Assembly: GCA_964404165.1 (NCBI GenBank)
Contig: CAYOIZ010000007.1
Location: forward strand, 86,897-150,896
Direction of reading: 5' to 3'
Length of the DNA: 64,000 nucleotides
From: an uncultured Candidatus Binatia bacterium
GTDB lineage: Bacteria; Desulfobacterota; Binatia; DP-6
Shown: positions 46,370 to 54,161 of the stretch, in pieces
Position numbering within the stretch: position 1 is the first letter of the stretch
How the letters are laid out: each line of letters starts with the position of its first letter
Notes under the pieces: model-generated
Told to the model about the DNA's origin: nothing
What the model saw: only the letters and a program-made list of their open reading frames with translations
Database searches by the model: none
Position numbers and translations under genes: made by a program

Positions 46370-46448
46370 CCCCTGGCCGAGGATGTAGCGCCGGAAGTCG
46401 CGATGCCGGAGGGCGGGAAACCCGCCGCTGCTGAGCGCGGCGGCCGTG

Positions 46449-47486
46449 TCAGGACGCCGTGCGCCAGGGTGCGGCGAGCGCGTCGAGATGCGCCGTCCGC
46501 GAGCCGAAGCAGTGCTCGAGGGTGCGGGCGCGCTTCAGATAGAGATGCGCGTCCGACTCCCAGGTGTACCCCATGCCACCATGGTTCTGGACGTTGTCGG
46601 TGGTGTTCTGCAGCGCGGCGTTGGACGCCAGCGCCTTCGCGATGTGGACGTGGGTGGCCGCGTCCGCCTCGCCATCCTGCAGCGCGACGGCGGCGTACGT
46701 GACCACCGAGCGCGCCACCTCGGCGCGCACCGCCATGTCGGCGCAGCGATGCTTGATGGCCTGGAACGAGCCGATCGGCTTGCCGAACTGCTCGCGCACC
46801 TTGCCGTACTCGACCGACATCTCGACGGCGCGCTCGGCGACGCCCGCCGCCTCCGCGGCGGCGAGCAGTGTGCCGCGCAGCCGGATCATCGCCGCGTCGG
46901 CTGGAAGCTCGCGCGCCGACGCGGCGCTGAAGGTCACCGTCGAGAGACGGCGCGTCGGATCGATGCCGTGTCCCGTCTCGATGTGGACGCCCGTCGCCCC
47001 GACGTCGATCAGACGGCTGCGGCTGGCACCGAGCACCAGCAGACCGTCGGCGGCACCACCGTCGAACACGGGCTGCGCGCGTCCCTCGAGTCGCGCCCCG
47101 CTCCCGAGCCGGTCCTCCGGATCGTCGACCACCGCGACGCGGTAGCGGCCGGCGAGCAGTCGATCGAGCACGTCGCGCTCCGTCGTTGCCTCGGCGAGGG
47201 CCTGGGCGGCGAGCACCGTGCCCAACCACGGCCCGGGTGTCACCGCGCGGCCCAGCGCGGTGAACAGCAGCATGGCTTCGGGCACGCCGTAGCCCGCGCC
47301 ACCCGCGGCCTCCGGCAGCGCCAGGCCGAACCAACCCAGCTCGGCGGCGGACCGCCAGAGGTCGACGTCGACGCCGGGCTCGTCGGCCATGATCGCGCGC
47401 ACGCGCTCGGTGGGCTGGCGCTCGCGCAGCACGTCGCGAATGGCGTCGCGGACGGCTTCCTGCTCTTCGCTCAGGGTCAGATCCAC
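46449..47486 (-). CDS. Acyl-CoA dehydrogenase family protein
   Basis: Start re-set to the GTG at 47486 (VDLTLSEEQEAVRDAIRDVL, AGGAA RBS). C-terminal ACAD domain ...GKPIGSFQAIKHRCADM... Confidence 0.8.
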   Translation of the reverse strand: MDLTLSEEQEAVRDAIRDVLRERQPTERVRAIMADEPGVDVDLWRSAAELGWFGLALPEAAGGAGYGVPEAMLLFTALGRAVTPGPWLGTVLAAQALAEATTERDVLDRLLAGRYRVAVVDDPEDRLGSGARLEGRAQPVFDGGAADGLLVLGASRSRLIDVGATGVHIETGHGIDPTRRLSTVTFSAASARELPADAAMIRLRGTLLAAAEAAGVAERAVEMSVEYGKVREQFGKPIGSFQAIKHRCADMAVRAEVARSVVTYAAVALQDGEADAATHVHIAKALASNAALQNTTDNVQNHGGMGYTWESDAHLYLKRARTLEHCFGSRTAHLDALAAPWRTAS

Positions 47487-47499
47487 GTGACGTTCCTTC

Positions 47500-48684
47500 T
47501 CAGCGCGGCAGGCCGAGCACGCGCTCGCCGATGATGTTGCGTTGGATCTCCTTCGTGCCGCCGCCGATGGTCTGCGACAGCCCGGTGAGATAGCGCTCGC
47601 CCCACTCGTTGCGGGACGCGCCGTCGGCACCGAAGCCCGTGATGGCGTCGGCACCGAGGATGTCCATGGCGAGGACGTCGATGCGCTGGATCAGCTCCGA
47701 GAAGAAGAGCCGGATCATCGACGCCTCCGCGCCCGGCATGCCGGTGCGCGCGGCGAGGCTGAGGCTACGGTAGGTCATCGAGCGCATCGCCTCGACCTCG
47801 GCGCGCGCCATGGCGAGGCGGCGCGCGATCTCGTCGTCGTCGATGGCGCGCGCGTGGCCGTTCGGACCCGGAACGCGCTGCGCCACCGCGATCAGCTGGT
47901 CCATGCGGTGCGACATGCGTACCTGCTCCGACATGAAGGCGGTGCCGCGCTCGAAGCTCAGCGTGGCCATGGCGACGCGCCAGCCGTCGTTGAGCTTGCC
48001 GACGACGTTCGCGAGCGGGATGCGGACGCTGTCGTAGAAGACCTCGCAGAAGTCGCTGTTGCCGGCGAGCGTCTTGATGGGACGGATGTCCATGCCCGGG
48101 ACACCCATCGGGCAGATCACCCAGGTGATGCCCTTGTGCTTCGGGGCGTCGGGGTCGGTGCGAACCAGCAGTTCCTGCACCTCGGCGATGTGGCCGAAGC
48201 TGGTCCAGATCTTCTGGCCCGTGATGACGAGGTCGTCGCCGTCGATGATGGCGCGGCACTGCAGGTTGGCGAGGTCGGACCCGGCGTTCGGCTCCGAGAA
48301 GCCCTGGCACCAGACGATGTCGCCGCGCAGGATGCGGGGGAGATGGTAGCTCTTCTGGGCCTCGGTGCCGCAGGCGATCAGGGTCGGCCCGGCGTGCTTC
48401 AGGCCGACGAAGCCGGTGGTGACGTCGGGCGCCCCTACGCGCGCATACTCCTCGTACCAGATGATCTGCTCCATGAGGGACGCGCCGCGGCCGCCGTATT
48501 CCTTCGGCCAGTTGATGCCCGCCCAGCCCGCGTCGTACATGCGGCGCTGCCACCCCATGTCGTAGGCCCGTCGTGCCGCCAGATCGGCGATCTCGGGCCG
48601 CGGCGTGCGCGGCATGTTGGTCTCGAGCCACGCACGCGCCTCGGCGCGGAAGGCTTCTTCTGCAGCGGTGAACCGGATCTCCAC
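47500..48684 (-). CDS. Acyl-CoA dehydrogenase
   Basis: Start re-set to the GTG at 48684 (VEIRFTAAEEAF, GAGGAG RBS). ...WCQGFSEPNAGSDLA..., ...GGGTKEIQRNIIGERVLGLP. Confidence 0.85.
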   Translation of the reverse strand: MEIRFTAAEEAFRAEARAWLETNMPRTPRPEIADLAARRAYDMGWQRRMYDAGWAGINWPKEYGGRGASLMEQIIWYEEYARVGAPDVTTGFVGLKHAGPTLIACGTEAQKSYHLPRILRGDIVWCQGFSEPNAGSDLANLQCRAIIDGDDLVITGQKIWTSFGHIAEVQELLVRTDPDAPKHKGITWVICPMGVPGMDIRPIKTLAGNSDFCEVFYDSVRIPLANVVGKLNDGWRVAMATLSFERGTAFMSEQVRMSHRMDQLIAVAQRVPGPNGHARAIDDDEIARRLAMARAEVEAMRSMTYRSLSLAARTGMPGAEASMIRLFFSELIQRIDVLAMDILGADAITGFGADGASRNEWGERYLTGLSQTIGGGTKEIQRNIIGERVLGLPR

Positions 48685-48816
48685 GATGCGCTCCTCTCGA
48701 ACGAACCGGCGCAGTGAACACCACGACGCGGCCCGCACGCAAGCCGTGCGCGCCCGTGGTTTGACTGCGACCGGAGCGTGTACTACCTGACCCCTTCGGC
48801 GCCGCGCGCGCCCTGG

Positions 48817-48891
48817 GTCCCCGTCGTCTAGTCTGGCCTAGGACGTCGGCCTTTCACGCCGATAACGTGGGTTCGAATCCCGCCGGGGACA
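48817..48891 (+). tRNA. tRNA-Glu (anticodon UUC); CCA not encoded
   Basis: 7-bp acceptor stem GTCCCCG/CGGGGAC, anticodon loop CTTTCAC, T-arm GGTTCGAATCC. Near-identical in architecture to E. coli tRNA-Glu. Confidence 0.9.
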
Positions 48892-49012
48892 CTTTCACAG
48901 GAGCAGGCCATGATCCGCCGTCGCGCCGCGCACGTCCTCCTCGCGGGCTCGGCGCTGATCGCGCCGCCCTGGCGCCCAGGGTGGTGTTCGCTCACCCCGA
49001 CGAAACGGAGCC

Positions 49013-49858
49013 CTAGCGACCCTTCCACACCGGCGGCCGCTTCTCCTTGAACGCGCGGATGCCCTCCTTGGCGTCGTCGCTCATGAAGACGCTGGCCGAG
49101 AAGCTCATCTCGTTCTCGAGCGCCTCGCGCAGTGGCAGGAACGTGCTCTGCTTCGCCGACTCCTTGCAGGCACGGACGGCGAGCGGACCGTTCAGGCAGA
49201 TGGTGTCGGCGAGGCGTCGCGCCTCCGCCATCACCTGGTCGCGCGGCACGACGCGGTTCACGAGGCCGATCTCCATGGCACGCTGCGGATCGATGCGATC
49301 GGCGAGCAGCACCACCTCCATGGCGTGGCACCACGACAGCTGGCGGGCGCTGTGCACCGTCGAGCCACCGCCGGGGAACAGACCGCGTCGCGGCTCGGCG
49401 AGCTGGAACCATGCGGTGTCGGCGCAGACGCGGAGATCGGTGTTCCACATCATCTCGAGCCCGCCGGCGGCGCAGATGCCGTTGATGGCGGCGATCACGG
49501 GCTTGTAGAGCTTGAACTCCTCACCGGTCTCGGGATGGATCGCGCCGTCGCGCAGCACCGCGACCAGCGAGTGCGCCATGCTGTAGCGCGACTCGCCCAC
49601 CGCCAGCGTCGACTCGCCGGCGGCGAGCTTGTCGGCGCGCTCGGTGACGATGGGGACGAAGCTCTTCAGGTCGGCGCCGACGCAGTAGACGTCGCCGACG
49701 CCGGTGAGGATCGCGACATAGGCCTCGTCGTCGTCCCGGAAGCGCACCCAGCAGTCGCTGAGCTGGCCGAAGTGCTCGAGGTCGAGCGAGTTGCGCGCCT
49801 CGGGGCGGTCGATGGTGATCGTGACGACGTGGCCGTCTTTCGCGTAGTGGATCGCCAT
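49013..49858 (-). CDS. Enoyl-CoA hydratase/isomerase (crotonase family)
   Basis: Start re-set to the ATG at 49858 (MAIHYAKDGHVVTITIDRPEARNSL). ...INGICAAGGLE... oxyanion hole. Confidence 0.85.
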   Translation of the reverse strand: MAIHYAKDGHVVTITIDRPEARNSLDLEHFGQLSDCWVRFRDDDEAYVAILTGVGDVYCVGADLKSFVPIVTERADKLAAGESTLAVGESRYSMAHSLVAVLRDGAIHPETGEEFKLYKPVIAAINGICAAGGLEMMWNTDLRVCADTAWFQLAEPRRGLFPGGGSTVHSARQLSWCHAMEVVLLADRIDPQRAMEIGLVNRVVPRDQVMAEARRLADTICLNGPLAVRACKESAKQSTFLPLREALENEMSFSASVFMSDDAKEGIRAFKEKRPPVWKGR

Positions 49859-49940
49859 GGGCGCCGTGCTTACACCGAAGCCGGCGCCGGCTGCCACCGG
49901 CTCGCCCCATCAGGAAGCCCCTGATAGACCAGGAATCCTG

Positions 49941-50315
49941 ATGGCGAGAGTGATCGTCCGGTTCGAGAACGGCGACCCCGAGCGGGTGATCGACGTCGAT
50001 CTGTCCAAGGCCCCCTTCCAGCACGACGGCCGTCCGGGCTCGATCCTCGACATCCTGCTCGCCAATGGGGTGCCGCTCGAGCATGCCTGCGGCGGCAGCT
50101 GCGCCTGCACCACCTGCCACGTCATCGTGAAGCGCGGCGGCGAGCGCCTGTCGGCGGCCGAGGAGTCCGAGGAGGACATGCTCGACAAGGCGCCCGGTCT
50201 GACGCCCACCTCGCGGCTCGGCTGCCAGGCGGTGCTCTCCGACGACGACGCCGAGATCGTCGTCGTCGTCCCACGCTTCACGATCAACCAGATATCCGGC
50301 AGCCATGGCGGTTGA
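49941..50315 (+). CDS. fdx: [2Fe-2S] ferredoxin (adrenodoxin/ISC Fdx-like)
   Basis: ATG at 49941. CGGSCACTTCHV...C cluster ligands. Confidence 0.85.
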   Translation: MARVIVRFENGDPERVIDVDLSKAPFQHDGRPGSILDILLANGVPLEHACGGSCACTTCHVIVKRGGERLSAAEESEEDMLDKAPGLTPTSRLGCQAVLSDDDAEIVVVVPRFTINQISGSHGG

Positions 50316-50958
50316 ACGGACGGCGACCCTCGTCGCCGTCACCGACCACGGCGCCGACACGCGCTCGCTCTTCCTCGACCTGCCGGGCGGCCTCGATTTC
50401 CGGCCGGGGCAGTTCGTGTCGTGCCTGCTGCCCGTCGACGGCGAGCGGCTGACACGGCCCTACTCGATCGCATCGAGTCCCGAGCAGAGGGATCGCCTCG
50501 AGGTACTGCTGAACCTGGTCCCCGACGGCGCCGGATCGCGCCACCTCTTCTCGCTGCCGATCGGCGGCACCATCCAGCTGACGGGGCCATGGGGCACGTT
50601 CGCGCTCGACCGCGCCCCCGACGCCGAAACCGTCTTCCTCGCAGACGGCACCGGCATCGCGCCCATCCGTCCCATGCTGCATCGCGCGGCGGCCACCGCA
50701 TCCCGCCCGCTGCACCTCGTGTGGGCGACCGAGCATCCCTTCTGGGCGGACGAGCTGCGTGCGATCGACGGGCTCGCCGTCACGATCGTCGCACCGTCGG
50801 CGCTCGAGGCCACGGTGCGAGCGCGCTGGGTCGACGCCGACGCCGATCGCAGCCGCCACTTCTTCCTCTGCGGTGTCGGCGACGTCGTGCCGCGGCTTCG
50901 GGACCTCTTGCGCGGCTCCGGCTACGCGCGAGGCGCGGTCCAGTACGAGCGCTGGTAG
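50305..50958 (+). CDS. Ferredoxin-NAD(P) reductase-like FAD/NAD-binding oxidoreductase
   Basis: RPYSIAS FAD motif and ...GTGIAP... NAD motif. Overlaps the fdx stop by 11 nt. Confidence 0.75.
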   Translation: MAVERTATLVAVTDHGADTRSLFLDLPGGLDFRPGQFVSCLLPVDGERLTRPYSIASSPEQRDRLEVLLNLVPDGAGSRHLFSLPIGGTIQLTGPWGTFALDRAPDAETVFLADGTGIAPIRPMLHRAAATASRPLHLVWATEHPFWADELRAIDGLAVTIVAPSALEATVRARWVDADADRSRHFFLCGVGDVVPRLRDLLRGSGYARGAVQYERW

Positions 50959-50985
50959 CCTTGTCGCTCGCACGTCCCCTGTGCC

Positions 50986-51978
50986 ATGGGGACGACCATG
51001 CGTCTCGCCGCGAGCCTGCCCGTCCCGCCCGATCTCGCGATGTGCCGCCGCGTCGCGGCCCGCGTCGAGGAGCTCGGCTACGACAGCGTGTGGCTGGCCG
51101 ACACCGGCGCCGGGCCCGATGCGTTCGTCCTCGGAGCCGCGGTCGCCACCGCCACGCAACGACTGCGCATCGGCACCGCCGTCATTCCCGCATACACCCG
51201 CACGCCGTCGGTCATGGCGGCAGGAGCCGGCTCGCTGGCCCAGCTCGCCCCCGGTCGCGTCGTCCTCGGCATCGGCGCCTCGAGCCCGACCATCGTCGAC
51301 GCCTGGGGAGGTATCCCGTTCGAGCGCCCGCTCCGGCGCATCCGCGAGACGGTCGGCGTGCTGCGCGCCATGCTCGCGGGCGAGCGCGTCACGTTCGAGG
51401 GGCGCACGATCCGCACCCGGGGCTTCCGGCTCATCTCGCTGCCCCCCGCGCCGGTCCCGCTCTATCTGGCCGCGTTGATGCCCCCGATGCTCGAGCTCGC
51501 GGGAGAGATCGCCGACGGCGTCATCCTGAACTTCATGCCGGTGGAGGCCGTCCCCCGCATGATGGACCACGTCCGCCGGGGCGCCGAGCGCGCCGGCCGC
51601 GATCCGGGCACGCTCGAGGTGGTGAGCCGATTCCAGACCATCGTCACCGACGACGTGCCCGCCGCCCGGGCGGCGCTCCGCCACATGATGGGCCCGTACT
51701 TCGCAACGTCGGTCTACAACCGCTTCGTCGCCTGGTGCGGGTTCCCCGAGGAGGCGGCCGCCATCCTCGCCGGCTGGGAGGCCAAGGACCGCGTCCGGAA
51801 CACCGCCGCCGTGACCGACGCCATGATCGACCGGCTCGCCATCATCGGCAGTGCCGAGCACTGCCGCGAGCGCCTGGCCGCCTTCGTCGCGGCAGGCGTC
51901 ACGACCCCGATGGTGCATCCCTTTCTCTTCGACGAGGGATCCATCTGGTCGGTCTTCGAAGGCCTGGCGCCACGGTGA
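50986..51978 (+). CDS. Luciferase-like monooxygenase (LLM-class flavin/F420-dependent oxidoreductase)
   Basis: TIM-barrel LLM signatures (...SVWLADTGAGPD..., ...GIGASSP...). Confidence 0.75.
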   Translation: MGTTMRLAASLPVPPDLAMCRRVAARVEELGYDSVWLADTGAGPDAFVLGAAVATATQRLRIGTAVIPAYTRTPSVMAAGAGSLAQLAPGRVVLGIGASSPTIVDAWGGIPFERPLRRIRETVGVLRAMLAGERVTFEGRTIRTRGFRLISLPPAPVPLYLAALMPPMLELAGEIADGVILNFMPVEAVPRMMDHVRRGAERAGRDPGTLEVVSRFQTIVTDDVPAARAALRHMMGPYFATSVYNRFVAWCGFPEEAAAILAGWEAKDRVRNTAAVTDAMIDRLAIIGSAEHCRERLAAFVAAGVTTPMVHPFLFDEGSIWSVFEGLAPR

Positions 51979-52035
51979 TTTTTCACGCGATTCCCTCTGG
52001 TCGTCGCCCTTCTGCTGTGCTCTAAGTCCGCGCTG

Positions 52036-52815
52036 ATGGTGGTCCTGCACGAGCACCCGCTCTCGCCCTACGCGCAGAAGGTGAAGATCGCGCTCATGGA
52101 GAAGGCGGTGCCGTTCGAGTCCCGTCTCCCGGACATCCTGGGGGGCGCGCTCGGCGAGTTCGCGCAGGTCAGCCCGCGGCTCGAGGTTCCGGCACTCCTC
52201 GACGACGACGTCGCGATCTTCGATTCCACCATCATCCTCGAGTACGTCGAAGACCGCTGGCCCACGCCGCCGCTGCTGCCCACCAGCCCCGCCGATCGCG
52301 CCCGCGTTCGCATGCTCGAGGAGCTGTGCGATACCTACTACGAGGCGATCAACTGGGCCTGCTTCGAGATCACCGTCTTCCAGCGCGCCACCGCCGAGCT
52401 CGCCGATCGCCTGATGTCGCGCGCCCATGCCCAGCGTGCCGGGATCAACGCGTACCTCGATCGCGCGCTCGCCGGACGAACCTGGTTCAACGGCGACGCC
52501 TTCGGCTGGGGCGACATCGCCGTCGCGCCGTTCGTGCATGCCGCGTCCTTCACGGGCGCACCACCCGACCCCGGCACGGCGCTCGCCGACTGGCTCGAGC
52601 GCGTCCGCGCCCGTCCCAGCGTCGCACAGACGTTCGAGGCGGCCCAGAGCGCCATGGGCGGTTTCGAGATGCTTCCACATCTCGTCGCGAGTGGACACTT
52701 CAAGCGCGAATATCGCGACCACCGGCTCGAATGGATGCTGCGTAGCGGTGGGGTCGAGATCGTCCTCGAGGGAATGCGGAAGGCCAACATCCGCTTCTCC
52801 CAGGAGCTTGCTTGA
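52036..52815 (+). CDS. Glutathione S-transferase
   Basis: N-terminal thioredoxin-like domain (LHEHPLSPYAQKVKIAL...VPAL..) and a C-terminal GST_C domain. Confidence 0.8.
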   Translation: MVVLHEHPLSPYAQKVKIALMEKAVPFESRLPDILGGALGEFAQVSPRLEVPALLDDDVAIFDSTIILEYVEDRWPTPPLLPTSPADRARVRMLEELCDTYYEAINWACFEITVFQRATAELADRLMSRAHAQRAGINAYLDRALAGRTWFNGDAFGWGDIAVAPFVHAASFTGAPPDPGTALADWLERVRARPSVAQTFEAAQSAMGGFEMLPHLVASGHFKREYRDHRLEWMLRSGGVEIVLEGMRKANIRFSQELA

Positions 52816-52888
52816 CCGGAGGTGTCTCGCGTGCCCGGGGTTCAGCTGCTATGGTGCCAACACATTCTGCGTCCTGAGGAGGAGTCCC

Positions 52889-53362
52889 ATTTCGTCCACG
52901 ATCTTTATTGGCAATCTTAGTTTCGAGGCCACGGAGGACGAGCTGCGCACGCTGCTCGTCGAAGTCGATCCCCGGGTGCGGGTGCGCCTGGGCATGGACC
53001 GGATGACGGGCAAGCCGCGTGGCTTCGCCTTCGCCGAATTCTCGGACGCAGCCATGGCCGCCGACGCGATTCGTCGATTCGACAGTGTCGAGCTCCGGGG
53101 ACGCCGCCTGCGTGTGAACGACGCCGATGACAAGCCGCCGCCGCGTGCACCACGCCCGGGAGGCCCCGGACCCGGAGGCCCCCGTTTTGGCGCGGGTGCC
53201 CCGTCTTCGCCGGGCGGCTACCGCCCATCGGCACCGAGCGCCTACGGCGGCGCCGGCGATTTCCCACCGCCCGACTTCGGTGGTGGTGGCGGCTTCCCGC
53301 CGTTCAAGAAGAACGGTGGCAGTCGTCGCGGTCTGCGCGGTAAGAAGCGTAGCCTGCGCTGA
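52889..53362 (+). CDS. RRM-domain RNA-binding protein with a Gly/Pro-rich C-terminal tail
   Basis: RNP1/RNP2 (IFIGNL, RGFAFAEF). No in-frame ATG/GTG/TTG follows the GGAGGAGG RBS (52876..52883); the best candidate is ATT at 52889. The start is uncertain. Confidence 0.7.
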   Translation: MSSTIFIGNLSFEATEDELRTLLVEVDPRVRVRLGMDRMTGKPRGFAFAEFSDAAMAADAIRRFDSVELRGRRLRVNDADDKPPPRAPRPGGPGPGGPRFGAGAPSSPGGYRPSAPSAYGGAGDFPPPDFGGGGGFPPFKKNGGSRRGLRGKKRSLR

Positions 53363-53529
53363 ATGCACTGCACGTTGGTCATGCACGGCTTGCACCGCCG
53401 ACGACAGTGCTGGTACACGGCAACACTCATGTTTGTGCGTGATCCTGCCCCGTCGAAGGGACGGCGACCGGCTTCTCGCCCAAGCAGTGTTAGCGCGGCG
53501 CATGGTGCGCCCGGCAAGGAGTGAGAGAG

Positions 53530-53880
53530 ATGGGCAAGAAGCTCTTCGTAGGCAATCTGGCATTCTCAACCAGCAGCGACGAACTGCGCGACCTGTTCTC
53601 CCAGGTCGGCACCTGTGAGTCGGCCTCGGTCATCACCGATCGCGCCACGGGCCAGTCTCGCGGCTTCGGCTTCGTCGAGATGAGCTCGGCGTCCGAGGCG
53701 CAGCGCGCCGTCACCGAGCTGAACGGTACCGAGCTCGGCGGCCGCAAGCTCAACGTCAGCGAGGCGCGCGAGCGCACCCCCGGTGGCGGAGGTGGTGGCG
53801 GTGGCGGCGGCGGTGGTCGCGGCGGCTTCGGTGGCGGTGGCGGCGGCCGCGGTGGTGGCGGCGGCGGCCGACGCTTCTGA
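53530..53880 (+). CDS. RRM-domain glycine-rich RNA-binding protein
   Basis: ATG at 53530 after AAGGAGTGAGAGAG. RNP2 LFVGNL, RNP1 RGFGFVEM, and a (GGG)n tail. Confidence 0.85.
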   Translation: MGKKLFVGNLAFSTSSDELRDLFSQVGTCESASVITDRATGQSRGFGFVEMSSASEAQRAVTELNGTELGGRKLNVSEARERTPGGGGGGGGGGGGRGGFGGGGGGRGGGGGGRRF

Positions 53881-53895
53881 GCTCCTCATCGGACC

Positions 53896-53940
53896 AACCC
53901 CAGCCCTCCAGCAGGCGCCGTCGCTTCTGGGGCTGGGGTT
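53896..53940. terminator. Inverted repeat (11-bp stems AACCCCAGCCC / GGGCTGGGGTT, 23-nt loop) just downstream of the RRM gene; a putative terminator hairpin with no U-tract
   Basis: Read directly: 53896..53906 and 53930..53940 are perfect reverse complements. Confidence 0.4.
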
Positions 53941-54161
53941 GGGACGATGCCGGTCCGACGCCCGAGCATCGCGACGGCATCGGTCGGGTTCTCGCGGCCC
54001 GCTTCGGCGGTGCCGAGCTTCGTTCCATTTCGTATCCGCGCATTGGTGACGTCGCGCTTCCCGCGCCGCGGTGCGCACCACCCCACGCCCTCGCCGCCTT
54101 CTGCACGAGCGGCGATCTCGCTCGCGCCGGGCACACCTACGGCAAGTCGTTCCGCGACGTC

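Noticed and set aside
48739-49012. tRNA-Glu as a possible genomic-island integration site.
   Set aside because: There is no integrase, direct repeat of the tRNA 3' end, or compositional shift on either side. The flanking genes are ordinary fatty-acid metabolism genes.
50284-52722. 812-aa minus-strand ORF spanning the FNR-like, LLM and GST genes.
   Set aside because: It crosses three independently supported plus-strand genes and is low complexity.
53925-53945. The FWGWGWDD translation read as a conserved W-G-W-G N-terminal motif of AGPS-like oxidases.
   Set aside because: It is only partly convincing. The same nucleotides form the 3' stem of the inverted repeat 53896..53940, so the motif may be coincidental. 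I reported it as a caveat inside the frameshift finding.
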